Source: an uncultured Acidimicrobiia bacterium
GTDB lineage: Bacteria; Actinomycetota; Acidimicrobiia; Spongiisociales; DATADW01
Length of the DNA: 64,000 nt
Assembly (NCBI GenBank): GCA_963826825.1
Contig: CAWGYV010000009.1
Span: forward strand, 44,712-108,711
Direction: 5' to 3'
Positions 55,804 to 64,000 of the stretch are shown piece by piece; position 1 is the first letter of the stretch; every line of letters begins with the position of its first letter. Under the pieces are notes generated by a model. That model ran no database searches and had not been told where the DNA came from. It saw nothing but the letters and a program-made list of their open reading frames with translations. A program made the position numbers and the translations under genes.

Positions 55804-57005
55804 CCCGCATCGTTTTCACCGGAGGGTCGGTGTTCGACGGCACCGGACATCCTCCATCGCCCGGTGACGTGGTCATAGAGGACGGTTGGGTGGTGGACGT
55901 CGGCTCCGGTCTCGATGGCGACGAGCAGGTCGACGGCTCGGGGCGGACGATCCTCCCCGGTCTCTTCGACACCCATGTCCACTTCATGATCAGCGGCATC
56001 GATATGTGGGGGATGCTGCAGACGCCCCTCTCGTATCGGTTCTTCCAGGCGGCGCGCAATCTGGAGGCCACCCTCGACGCCGGGATAACCACGACGCGCG
56101 ACGCGGGCGGCGCCGATGCCGGGTTGCGCAAGGCGGTGGATGAGGGTCTGATCCCGGGCCCGCGGATGCAGGTGTCGATTGGGATGCTCAGCCAGACCGG
56201 CGGGCACGGTGACCCGTGGCTCGCGTCCGGTGTCACCGCACCGCTGATTCCCGCATGGCCGGGCAGTCCCGAGACCATTGTTGACGGACCGGACGAGGTG
56301 CGCCGCAAGGTCAGGGAGTTGATCCGCTGTGGAGCCGACGTGATCAAGGTGGCCACCTCCGGGGGAGTCCTCTCCGCCTCCGACGAACCGACCCACGCCC
56401 ACCTGTCACCCGCCGAGCTCGATGTGTTGATGGAAGAGGCCAACGCCGCCGGGCGGTTTGTCATGGCGCACGCCCAAGCGACCACCGGGATCAAGAACGC
56501 CATCCGCGCCGGGATCAGGTCGATCGAACACGGCATCTATCTCGACGACGAGGCGATCGAGTTGATGGTGGAACGAGGCACCTGGCTGGTCCCGACTCTG
56601 CTGGCACCGTATGGTGTGATCGCCGCGGTGGAGCAGGGTGCCCGGGTGCCCGACAGCGCAGTTCGCAAGGCGACCGAGGTGATCGAGATCCACCGAGACT
56701 CATTTGCCCGAGCGGTTTCCGCCGGGGTGAAGGTGGCGATGGGGACCGACACCGGGGTCACGCCCCATGGAAACAATCTTGCGGAGCTGAGCTTGATGGA
56801 GCAGGGCGGGATGTCGCCAATCGACGTGCTCGTTGCCACCACCCACAGCGCCGCCGAGTTGATGGGTCTCGACCGTGAGTTGGGGACGCTCCAACCGGGG
56901 AAGCGGGGGGACCTTGTGGTGGTCGATGGCGACCCGCTCGATCTCGAGGCCCTGCCCGCCGCCATCGTCGAAGTTTGGAAGGACGGGGTGCGCGTCAAGG
57001 GATGA
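55800..57005 (+). CDS. Metal-dependent amidohydrolase (prolidase-like subgroup)
   Basis: DTHVH, IKV, MAHA, SIEHG, GTD motifs. Confidence 0.9.
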   Translation: MTRIVFTGGSVFDGTGHPPSPGDVVIEDGWVVDVGSGLDGDEQVDGSGRTILPGLFDTHVHFMISGIDMWGMLQTPLSYRFFQAARNLEATLDAGITTTRDAGGADAGLRKAVDEGLIPGPRMQVSIGMLSQTGGHGDPWLASGVTAPLIPAWPGSPETIVDGPDEVRRKVRELIRCGADVIKVATSGGVLSASDEPTHAHLSPAELDVLMEEANAAGRFVMAHAQATTGIKNAIRAGIRSIEHGIYLDDEAIELMVERGTWLVPTLLAPYGVIAAVEQGARVPDSAVRKATEVIEIHRDSFARAVSAGVKVAMGTDTGVTPHGNNLAELSLMEQGGMSPIDVLVATTHSAAELMGLDRELGTLQPGKRGDLVVVDGDPLDLEALPAAIVEVWKDGVRVKG

Positions 57006-58129
57006 GCCTCACCGCCCGAATGTTGAACCGGGCCACCCTTGCTCGCCAGATGCTGCTTCGTCGGGAGTCGCTCGACGTGGTCGAAGCGGTCCGCCGCATC
57101 GTGGCTTTGCAGGCTCAACACGCACCCTCGCCGTACCTCGCGCTGTGGAACCGGCTCGCCGGCTTCGACCCCGCCGACCTCGACAAGGCATTCACCGACC
57201 GCACCGTGGTCAAGGCGTCGTTGCTGCGTCTCACGCTTCATGCCGTCTGTTCGGAGGACTACCCGGAGTTTCACAACGTGATGGTTCCCAGCCTCCGTGG
57301 CTCGGTGCTGCACGACACGCGCTTCACCTCGACCGGCTTGTCGATCCCCGATGCTGACGCGCTGGTTCCCCCCCTTGCCGAGTTCACCGCCGAGCCGCGG
57401 CGTGGTGCCGAGATCGAGGATCTGCTCGAAGGCTTGGTGGGCGAACGCAAACCGCGGGTGTGGTGGGCGCTGCGCAGGTTTGCTCCTCTGCACCACGCAC
57501 CGACGGGCGGGCCATGGTCTTTTGGTCAGCGGGCCTCGTACATCTCTGCCAAAACCAAGGACGAGTCACGGGAGGAGTCCACGCAGTTGTTGGTCCTGCG
57601 CTACCTGCAGGCATTCGGCCCCGCCTCGGTGCCCGATTTCGCCCAGTTCACCATCCTGCGCCGGCCGGTGACGCAGCAGGCGCTCAAGGCGCTCGACGGC
57701 CGGGTCGTCGAGGTTGAGGGTCCCGGAGGCGTCAAGCTGCTCGATGTGCCTGGGGCACCACTCCCAGCCGAGGACACCCCTGCACCCTCACGGCTCCTCC
57801 CCATGTGGGACAACACCCTCCTCGCCTACTTTGACCGCAGCCGCGTCGTCCCCCCCGAATACCGGCCCTTGGTCATCAAGCGCAACGGCGACGTTCTCCC
57901 CACCCTGCTCATCGACGGCTATGTCGCCGGTGTCTGGCGTCCCGTCGACGGAGGCATCGAGGCGACGGCCTTCCACCGCCTCGATGACGAGGATTGGGAT
58001 GAGCTTGCCGCAGAGGCTCGGGCGCTCGTTGCGTTCCTCGCCGATAGAGACCCGAGGGTCTACAGCCGTTACGCCCACTGGTGGACCAAGGGGTTCCCCG
58101 GGGCTGAGGTGCGAGTGCTCTCGGGTTGA
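57002..58129 (+). CDS. AlkZ-like winged-helix DNA glycosylase
   Basis: LNRATLARQMLL, LQAQ (QxQ), R.TLH, LLPMWD, DG.VAG.W motifs. Confidence 0.88.
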   Translation: MSLTARMLNRATLARQMLLRRESLDVVEAVRRIVALQAQHAPSPYLALWNRLAGFDPADLDKAFTDRTVVKASLLRLTLHAVCSEDYPEFHNVMVPSLRGSVLHDTRFTSTGLSIPDADALVPPLAEFTAEPRRGAEIEDLLEGLVGERKPRVWWALRRFAPLHHAPTGGPWSFGQRASYISAKTKDESREESTQLLVLRYLQAFGPASVPDFAQFTILRRPVTQQALKALDGRVVEVEGPGGVKLLDVPGAPLPAEDTPAPSRLLPMWDNTLLAYFDRSRVVPPEYRPLVIKRNGDVLPTLLIDGYVAGVWRPVDGGIEATAFHRLDDEDWDELAAEARALVAFLADRDPRVYSRYAHWWTKGFPGAEVRVLSG

Positions 58130-58214
58130 TGCCCGGCACCGATTGCTCCGGCCGTTCCGGCATGAGGGCGCGAATTCCCTACTAGCCTCGCTGCGTCGTC
58201 AGCCCCGAGGGCCA

Positions 58215-60251
58215 GTGTCGGATCGCTATACCAATCGTGAGCTCTCCTGGCTCGACTTCAATGAGCGGGTCCTCGCGATCGCAGAGGATCCGGCCACCCC
58301 GCTGCTGGAGCGAACCAAGTTCCTCGCCATCTACTCGTCGAATTTGGACGAGTTCTTCCAGGTGAGGGTGGCGGGGCTTCTGGAGCAGCAGGCGGCGGGC
58401 GTGCGGACCGTCTCCGCGGACGGGATGTCGGCTACCGATCAACTGAAGGCCATCCGGCAACGTGTCCTCGGTCTGTCCGACCGCCAGTCCCGCTGCTTCC
58501 ACGAGTCGGTGGCTCCCGCCTTGGAGGAAGCCGGGATCGCCTTCTCCTCATACGACAGCCTCGACGACGACGACCGGAAGTATCTCGACGAGCAGTTCCG
58601 CGAACGCGTTTTCCCTGTGGTGACACCCCTGGCGGTGGACCCGGCGCACCCATTCCCTTACATCTCCAACCTCTCGCTCAACTTGGCGGTGTTCGTCCGC
58701 AACCCGCGCACCGGGGTGACCCGCTTCGCCCGGGTCAAGGTGCCCCCGATCCTCCCCCGCTTCGTGGTCATGCCCGACGGAGAGCGTTTCGTGTCGCTCG
58801 AGCAGGTGATCGCAGCCCATCTGGATGCGTTGTTCCCTGGGATGGAGATCGTCGACCATCACCCATTCAGGGTCACCCGCAACGCCGACTTCGAGGTCGA
58901 GGAAGAGGAGGCTCACGACCTGCTCGCCGCCATCGAGTCGGAGCTCACCCGAAGGCGCTTCGGCCGGGTGGTGCGGCTCGAGGTCGAGCCGGGGATCCCC
59001 GACCACGCCCTCGAGCTGCTGATCCGCGAGATGAAGGTCGGTCCCGAGGACGTGTACCAGATGGAAGGGCCGCTGGACATGGCTGGTCTGTTCTCGTTGT
59101 CAGCCCTTTCCAGACCCGACCTCAGCTGGCCGGCTTTCACCTGGGTGACCGACCCCAGGCTGGCCACGGTCGATGGCGTGCCGCCGGACGTATTCGTCGC
59201 CATCAGCAAGGGCGATCTGCTCGTACACCATCCATACGACTCCTTTTCCACCTCGGTCGAGGTTTTCCTCGCCGCAGCCGCAGCCGACCCCAACGTGCTC
59301 GCCATCAAGCAGACCCTGTACCGCACGTCCTCGGGGAGCCCGATCATGGAGGCGCTCATCGAGGCCGCCAACGAGGGCATACAGGTCGCCGTCCTCGTCG
59401 AGCTCAAGGCCCGCTTCGACGAGGAGCGGAACATCGAGTGGGCGCGCGCCTTGGAGGAGGTGGGGGTGCACGTCGTCTACGGGCTGGTCGGGCTGAAGAC
59501 CCACACCAAGACCACGCTCGTGGTGCGCGAGGAGGAGGGCGTCATCAGGCGATACGCCCACATCGGCACCGGCAACTACAACGACTCCACCGCCCGCATC
59601 TACGAGGATGTCGGGCTGTTCACCACCGACGACGACATCGGCGCCGACCTCTCCGATCTCTTCAACTTCCTCACCGGATACAGCGAGCAAAGCCACTACC
59701 GCAAGCTGCTCGTGGCCCCGGTCGAGTTGAGACAGCGGATCCTGGCGCTGATCGACCGCGAGACTTCCCGCCCAGGCGGGCACATCGTGATGAAGATGAA
59801 CGCGCTGGTGGACGCCGAGATGATCGAGGCGCTGTACAAGGCCTCCGAGAGCGGAACCCGGATAGAACTGTTCGTGCGCGGGATCTGTTGTCTCCGTCCC
59901 GGCGTGGAGGGGATGTCATCGAACATCACCGTCCGCTCGATCGTGGGCAGATATCTGGAGCACTCACGGATCTACCGCTTCGGCGCCGAACAGCCTCTCT
60001 ACTACATCGGATCGGCCGACATGATGCCCCGCAACCTCGACCGAAGAGTCGAGGCGCTGACACCGGTGGAGGACCCGGCGCTGCAGGGACGGCTCGAAGA
60101 GGTGCTCGACGTCCTCCGTGAGGATGACGAGTTGGCCTGGGAACTGAAGGCGGACGGAAGCTGGGTCAAGGTTCCCACGGTCATGGGCATCGAGACCCAC
60201 AGACGACTCCAGGAATTGGCGATGGAGAGGGCGTCGAGTCGCGATGACTGA
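58215..60251 (+). CDS. ppk1: Polyphosphate kinase 1
   Basis: NRELSWL.FN.RVL, HPFP, HHPY, ELKARFDE, GTGNY, LEHSRI motifs. Confidence 0.96.
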   Translation: MSDRYTNRELSWLDFNERVLAIAEDPATPLLERTKFLAIYSSNLDEFFQVRVAGLLEQQAAGVRTVSADGMSATDQLKAIRQRVLGLSDRQSRCFHESVAPALEEAGIAFSSYDSLDDDDRKYLDEQFRERVFPVVTPLAVDPAHPFPYISNLSLNLAVFVRNPRTGVTRFARVKVPPILPRFVVMPDGERFVSLEQVIAAHLDALFPGMEIVDHHPFRVTRNADFEVEEEEAHDLLAAIESELTRRRFGRVVRLEVEPGIPDHALELLIREMKVGPEDVYQMEGPLDMAGLFSLSALSRPDLSWPAFTWVTDPRLATVDGVPPDVFVAISKGDLLVHHPYDSFSTSVEVFLAAAAADPNVLAIKQTLYRTSSGSPIMEALIEAANEGIQVAVLVELKARFDEERNIEWARALEEVGVHVVYGLVGLKTHTKTTLVVREEEGVIRRYAHIGTGNYNDSTARIYEDVGLFTTDDDIGADLSDLFNFLTGYSEQSHYRKLLVAPVELRQRILALIDRETSRPGGHIVMKMNALVDAEMIEALYKASESGTRIELFVRGICCLRPGVEGMSSNITVRSIVGRYLEHSRIYRFGAEQPLYYIGSADMMPRNLDRRVEALTPVEDPALQGRLEEVLDVLREDDELAWELKADGSWVKVPTVMGIETHRRLQELAMERASSRDD

Positions 60252-61712
60252 GGCGAGGCGAACGCTTCGTTTCGCATTGGAGCGCGGGAAAGGATCCCGG
60301 ACCTGGGCTCGCTCGGCCTTCGGGTGGTGGCGCCCCCCGCCCCGCCTTCCCTGTTCGAGACCACCTATCACGACACCGCCGACCTCCGGCTGGCGCGCTG
60401 GGGGGCCACCCTGACCTTCCGGGCGGGGGAGGGGTGGACCGTCGAGCTACCCGACCCCGATGGCAGGCCACGAGCAGTGGGGCGCATGCTCGGCGGAGAT
60501 GGCGATGTCGTGCCTTTCGACGCCCTCAGCCTGACCCGCTCGTTTTCCCGCGGTGCACCGATCCTGCCCCTCGCCTCGCTCCGCAGCAGCCGTCGCACCT
60601 ACCGCCTGATCGACGGTGCGGGTGGTCTGTTGGCCGAACTGCACGAGGACGCCGTGATCGTCCGACGTGATGCAGGCCCAGCCTCGGGGTTCCGTGAGCT
60701 CGAGGTCCAGTTTGTCGCTGATGGCGAACGCGCCGACGAACTCGCGGCTGCACTCCGCGGTGACATCGGGGACGCCATCGGGACTCGTCTCGCCCGGGTG
60801 CTGGGCCCGAGAGCTGTCGAACCATCCGACGTCCCCGTTGTGAGTTTGGGCGACGATTCGACCGCGGCGGAATTGCTCGTTTCCGAGCTCTCGTCGGCGG
60901 TCCGTCGGTTCATCCTGTATGCGCCGATGGCGGTCGAAGGGGTGGACCCAGAAGGCGTCCACCAGGCAAGGGTCGCCGTTCGCAGGTTCCGCTCGTATCT
61001 GCAGAGCTTCCGCCCGGTGCTCGATGAGGAATGGTCCGAGGCTCTTCGTGCCGATCTCAAGCTGCTGGCCAGCATGTTCGGCGAGGTGCGCGACTCCGAT
61101 GTCCTCATCGACCGCCTAACCGGTTTGGGTGACCAGTTACCGGCAGAGGACGCATCGATGGTGGACAAGATCGTGCTGCAGCGTCTCGGCGACAGACATG
61201 TCGCCCGGGCACGCCTCATCCATTTCCTCGAACAGCCGGAGTACCTGGCGCTGCTCGACCGCATGGTCGAGGGTGCGGTTGATCCGAGGCTCCTCGACAA
61301 CGCCGGCGAGCCGGCCCTCGAGGCACTCCGACCGATGGTGGCCAAGAGGTGGCGCAAGCTGCGCAGCGCGGTGAAGGCCCTCGACGACCTGCCTGCCGAC
61401 GAGCAACTCCACAACGTCCGTCTCCGGGCGAAACGGGCGCGCTACGCCGCCGAGGCGGTGGAGCCGATGGCCGACAAGGACGCCTCCTCGTTCGCCTCCG
61501 CCGCCGCCGACCTGCAGGACGTACTCGGGTCCCACCAGGACGCCGTCGTCGGTCAGCGCTGGCTACGAGACGAGTTCCGCAGCGGGGACCCGGACCTGAG
61601 TTTTGTGGTCGGAGAGCTCGCCGGTCTCGAGCAATCGACTGCGGCGCGCACCCGCGCCGAGTGGACGGCAGCCTGGGACCGGGTCCGCAAGAGATCGAAG
61701 TGGCTCAAGTAA
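60244..61712 (+). CDS. CYTH plus CHAD domain protein, probable frameshift at ~60290
   Basis: Y.DT.DLRL and RELEV; HQARVAVRR, RD.DV, H.VR..AKR.RY, LG..QD motifs. Confidence 0.85.
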
Positions 61713-61720
61713 GAAAGACT

Positions 61721-61748
61721 CGGCGGACGGCGGACGGCGGACGGCGGC
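61721..61748. repeat. Heptamer array (CGGCGGA)x4, left arm
   Basis: Inverted relative to 62137-62164. Confidence 0.9.
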
Positions 61749-61749
61749 A

Positions 61750-62136
61750 AGAGTGGTCTCCGGTTTGAAATAGTCACTCCTCCTTGCTGGCTATCTGATG
61801 TCCTCCGGTAGTCGATGAGCAGTCCGTATCGATCGGCCTTTCATCAAACAGCTACCTAGCTGACGCCGGGCTGTCATCCTGACCTGATAAAACCCTGTCG
61901 GGTTCGAGGTCCATCGCACGTTCCTCGTCCCTTCCGCCTCCGAGAATGGGTCCGTCATCACTGGCGGACCCTTCTCGTTGGCCGGTGGCTTCGCTACAAC
62001 ACAGTTCTATCGAGCGGCCTTCGGCCACGCTCACTTGTGCTGGTCGGGCCGGCAAGCGCCCCGGCCAGGTCAATGGGGCGGTACGAGCCGCTCCCCGCCT
62101 CAGTGGTTCGTAGCCTTGGGCTTCGCCCTTTCTGGC
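61750..62136 (-). ncRNA. Structured non-coding element, candidate orphan IS110-type non-coding end (bridge-RNA-like)
   Basis: At least six stems; GACCT...AGGTC stem with internal loop; ends in AAGGAGG with no credible gene behind it; family resemblance is recalled, not searched. Confidence 0.4.
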
Positions 62137-62164
62137 TGCCGTCCGCCGTCCGCCGTTCGCCGTC
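62137..62164. repeat. Heptamer array (CGCCGTC)x4, right arm
   Basis: tgccgtc cgccgtc cgccgtt cgccgtc. Confidence 0.88.
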
Positions 62165-62184
62165 TCTGCTCGCGGACACCCCCC

Positions 62185-62236
62185 GTTCACTTCTACTAGG
62201 CCGCGACAGGCGATGCAACGTTCACTCTGCGTTCAC
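62185..62236 (+). promoter_or_regulatory. PHO box (PhoP/RegX3-type direct repeats)
   Basis: GTTCAC at 62220 and 62231 (11-nt period) plus one at 62185, upstream of pstS. Confidence 0.75.
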
Positions 62237-62345
62237 TTTCGAGCCAGGGTGCGGTCAAGACCTGTGGATACCTTGCCGACCGGCGGCCGGGCGCAGCCCG
62301 GGCGCGGCCCTCGGGCCAATGCGCGGAAAGCTGCAAGGAGCAAAG

Positions 62346-63435
62346 ATGACATTCGGGAAACAGGTCCGCCTGGTGGCAGTGCTGAGCCTCTTTGCGCTGG
62401 CCATCGCCGCCTGCGGGGGCGGGACGACCGACACAACGACCACTGGAGGGGGGACGGACACAACCGCGGCCGCCGGGGGATCTGATACGACAGCATCCGG
62501 AGCTGCCGGGAGCGTCGTCGTCTCCGGGTCATCCACGGTTGAGCCCGTCACCGCGCTGGTCGGTCAAAACTGGGGAGCGGACAACCCCGATGTGGCCATC
62601 TCGGTCGAAGGTCCCGGGACCGGCGACGGGATCGCCCGCTTCTGCAATAACGAGATCGATATCGCCGACGCCTCGCGGGCGATCGAAGAGGACGAGATCG
62701 CCCTCTGCGAGGAGGCTGGTGTCGAGTACGTCGAGCTGCTCATCGGGCTCGACGGATTGACCGTCATCACAAGCCCCAACAATGCCGAGGTCACCTGTCT
62801 CGACTTCAACGATCTGTACGCACTGGTTGGGCCGGAGTCAGAGGGTTTCGCCAACTGGTCGGATGCAAACGACCTGGCGGCCGAGCTGGGAGCCGGGCAC
62901 GCTCCCTACCCGGAGGCGCCATTGGTCATCACCGCCCCGGGCGAGGAGTCGGGCACATACGACTTCTTCGTCGAGACGGTGATCGAGCCGATCCAGGAGG
63001 AGCGAGCGCCCGAGGATCTCGACGGTGACGGCGAGAACGACTACTTCACCCGGGCCGACTACCAGGCATCGCCCAACGACAACGTCATCATCGAGGGCGT
63101 GGCCGGTAACGACACCTCGCTCGGCTGGGTTGGGTTCGCGTTCTACACGGCAAACGAGGACACAGTCACTGCGATCGAGGTCGACGGCGGCGAGGGATGC
63201 GTGGCGCCGAGTATCGAGCACGGTGGCAGACGGCAGCTACCCGATCTCCCGTCCCCTGTTCATCTATGTCAAGACCAACGACCTGGCCAGCCGGCCCGAG
63301 CTGATCTCCTTCGTCGACTTCTATCTGAGCGACGAGGGCATCAGCGCTACCTCCGAGGCGGGGTACGTCGACACCCCGGAACTGGAAGCGACTCGGACCG
63401 CCTGGGAGGACGCCAAGTCGGCAGCCGGAGGCTGA
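62346..63435 (+). CDS. pstS: Phosphate ABC substrate-binding lipoprotein, frameshift at ~63220
   Basis: Lipobox IAAC; GSSTVEP, GTGDG, ASR, SGTYDFF; YPISRPLFIY in another frame. Confidence 0.9.
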
Positions 63436-63445
63436 GAGTCCGGAT

Positions 63446-63473
63446 CGACCGGGCGGGTAGCGCCGCCCGGTCG
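63446..63473 (+). other. Intercistronic hairpin between pstS and pstC
   Basis: CGACCGGGCGG-N6-CCGCCCGGTCG. Confidence 0.6.
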
Positions 63474-63488
63474 TCCACGAGGAGTTCG

Positions 63489-64000
63489 ATGACCACAGAG
63501 CAGGACATGGCCAGGAGGTCTGAGGGGGAACCCGCGCCGACGTCGCCGCGAGGCGATCGTTCGTACCCTCTTCTTCCTGGCCGCCGCACTATCCGTCCTG
63601 GTGAGCGTCGCCATCGTGCTGTCGGTGTTGATCGATGCCGTCGAGTTCGTGCGATCGATCGACCTCAGCCAACTTTGGGCCGATGGCTGGTTTCCCCGGC
63701 GCGGCCGATTCAGCATCCCCACGATCTTCGTCGGATCGCTGATGATCACTCTGGTGGCCCTGGTCGTGGCGTTGCCCCTCGGCTTGGGCGCCGCCATCTA
63801 TCTCTCGGAGTACGCCCGCCCCGCGGTGCGGAGGACGCTCAAACCGACGCTCGAGATCCTGGCCGGGGTCCCGAGCGTGGTGCTCGGGTTCTTCGCCCTC
63901 TCCTTCATCACTCCGAACATCATGCAGGCCATTTGGGAGGACACCCAGGTGTTCAACTATGGCGCAGCCGGGATCGCCGTCGGCATCCTCATCATCCCTC
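63489..64000 (+). CDS. pstC: Phosphate ABC permease (partial; frameshift at ~63515)
   Basis: PLGLGAAIYLSEY and LEILAGVPSVV.G motifs; runs off the window. Confidence 0.9.
   Translation, partial: MTTEQDMARRSEGEPAPTSPRGDRSYPLLPGRRTIRPGERRHRAVGVDRCRRVRAIDRPQPTLGRWLVSPARPIQHPHDLRRIADDHSGGPGRGVAPRLGRRHLSLGVRPPRGAEDAQTDARDPGRGPERGARVLRPLLHHSEHHAGHLGGHPGVQLWRSRDRRRHPHHP

Noticed and set aside
61553-61777. 74-aa minus-strand ORF behind the strong AAGGAGG RBS
   Set aside because: It runs into the heptamer array and is antisense to the CHAD gene; not protein-like.
61800-62010. Possible riboswitch, tmRNA, SRP RNA or RNase P RNA
   Set aside because: No diagnostic motifs recognised, and no downstream gene on that strand to regulate.
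62346-64000. Apparent pstS-pstC fusion ORF open to the window end
   Set aside because: Artefact of two indels; pstS has its own stop at 63435 and pstC has its own RBS and ATG.

Overview
GC-rich actinobacterial DNA, most consistent with Acidimicrobiia (inferred from WhiB, a SigK-like sigma, class F sortase, SLH proteins and GTTCAC PHO boxes). The window is mostly core genes. These include csoR-copZ-copA, an M3 peptidase, lnt, acs, a tandemly duplicated S-layer-type gene, and a large purine cluster (purA-D-E ... purB ... purC-S-Q-L-F-M). Further along are a four-gene S51-hydrolase/esterase/ATP-grasp/esterase operon, a CarH-like B12 regulator with a SigK/sortase-F block, a hydrolase-FabH-TetR-AlkZ operon, and ppk1-CHAD and pstS-pstC. 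About a dozen genes carry single-base frameshifts, several in G homopolymers, which points to long-read consensus errors. The most unusual items are: (1) an ORF-free, hairpin-rich ~390 bp element between the CHAD gene and pstS, bracketed by inverted heptamer arrays and resembling IS110 non-coding (bridge-RNA-like) ends without a recombinase; (2) the ATP-grasp/esterase operon; (3) an S51-hydrolase fused to a CysRS-like C-terminal domain; (4) a 6C-like RNA behind a small Cys/His protein. No rRNA, tRNA, CRISPR array or intact transposase was seen. All family calls come from motif recognition, not from database searches.
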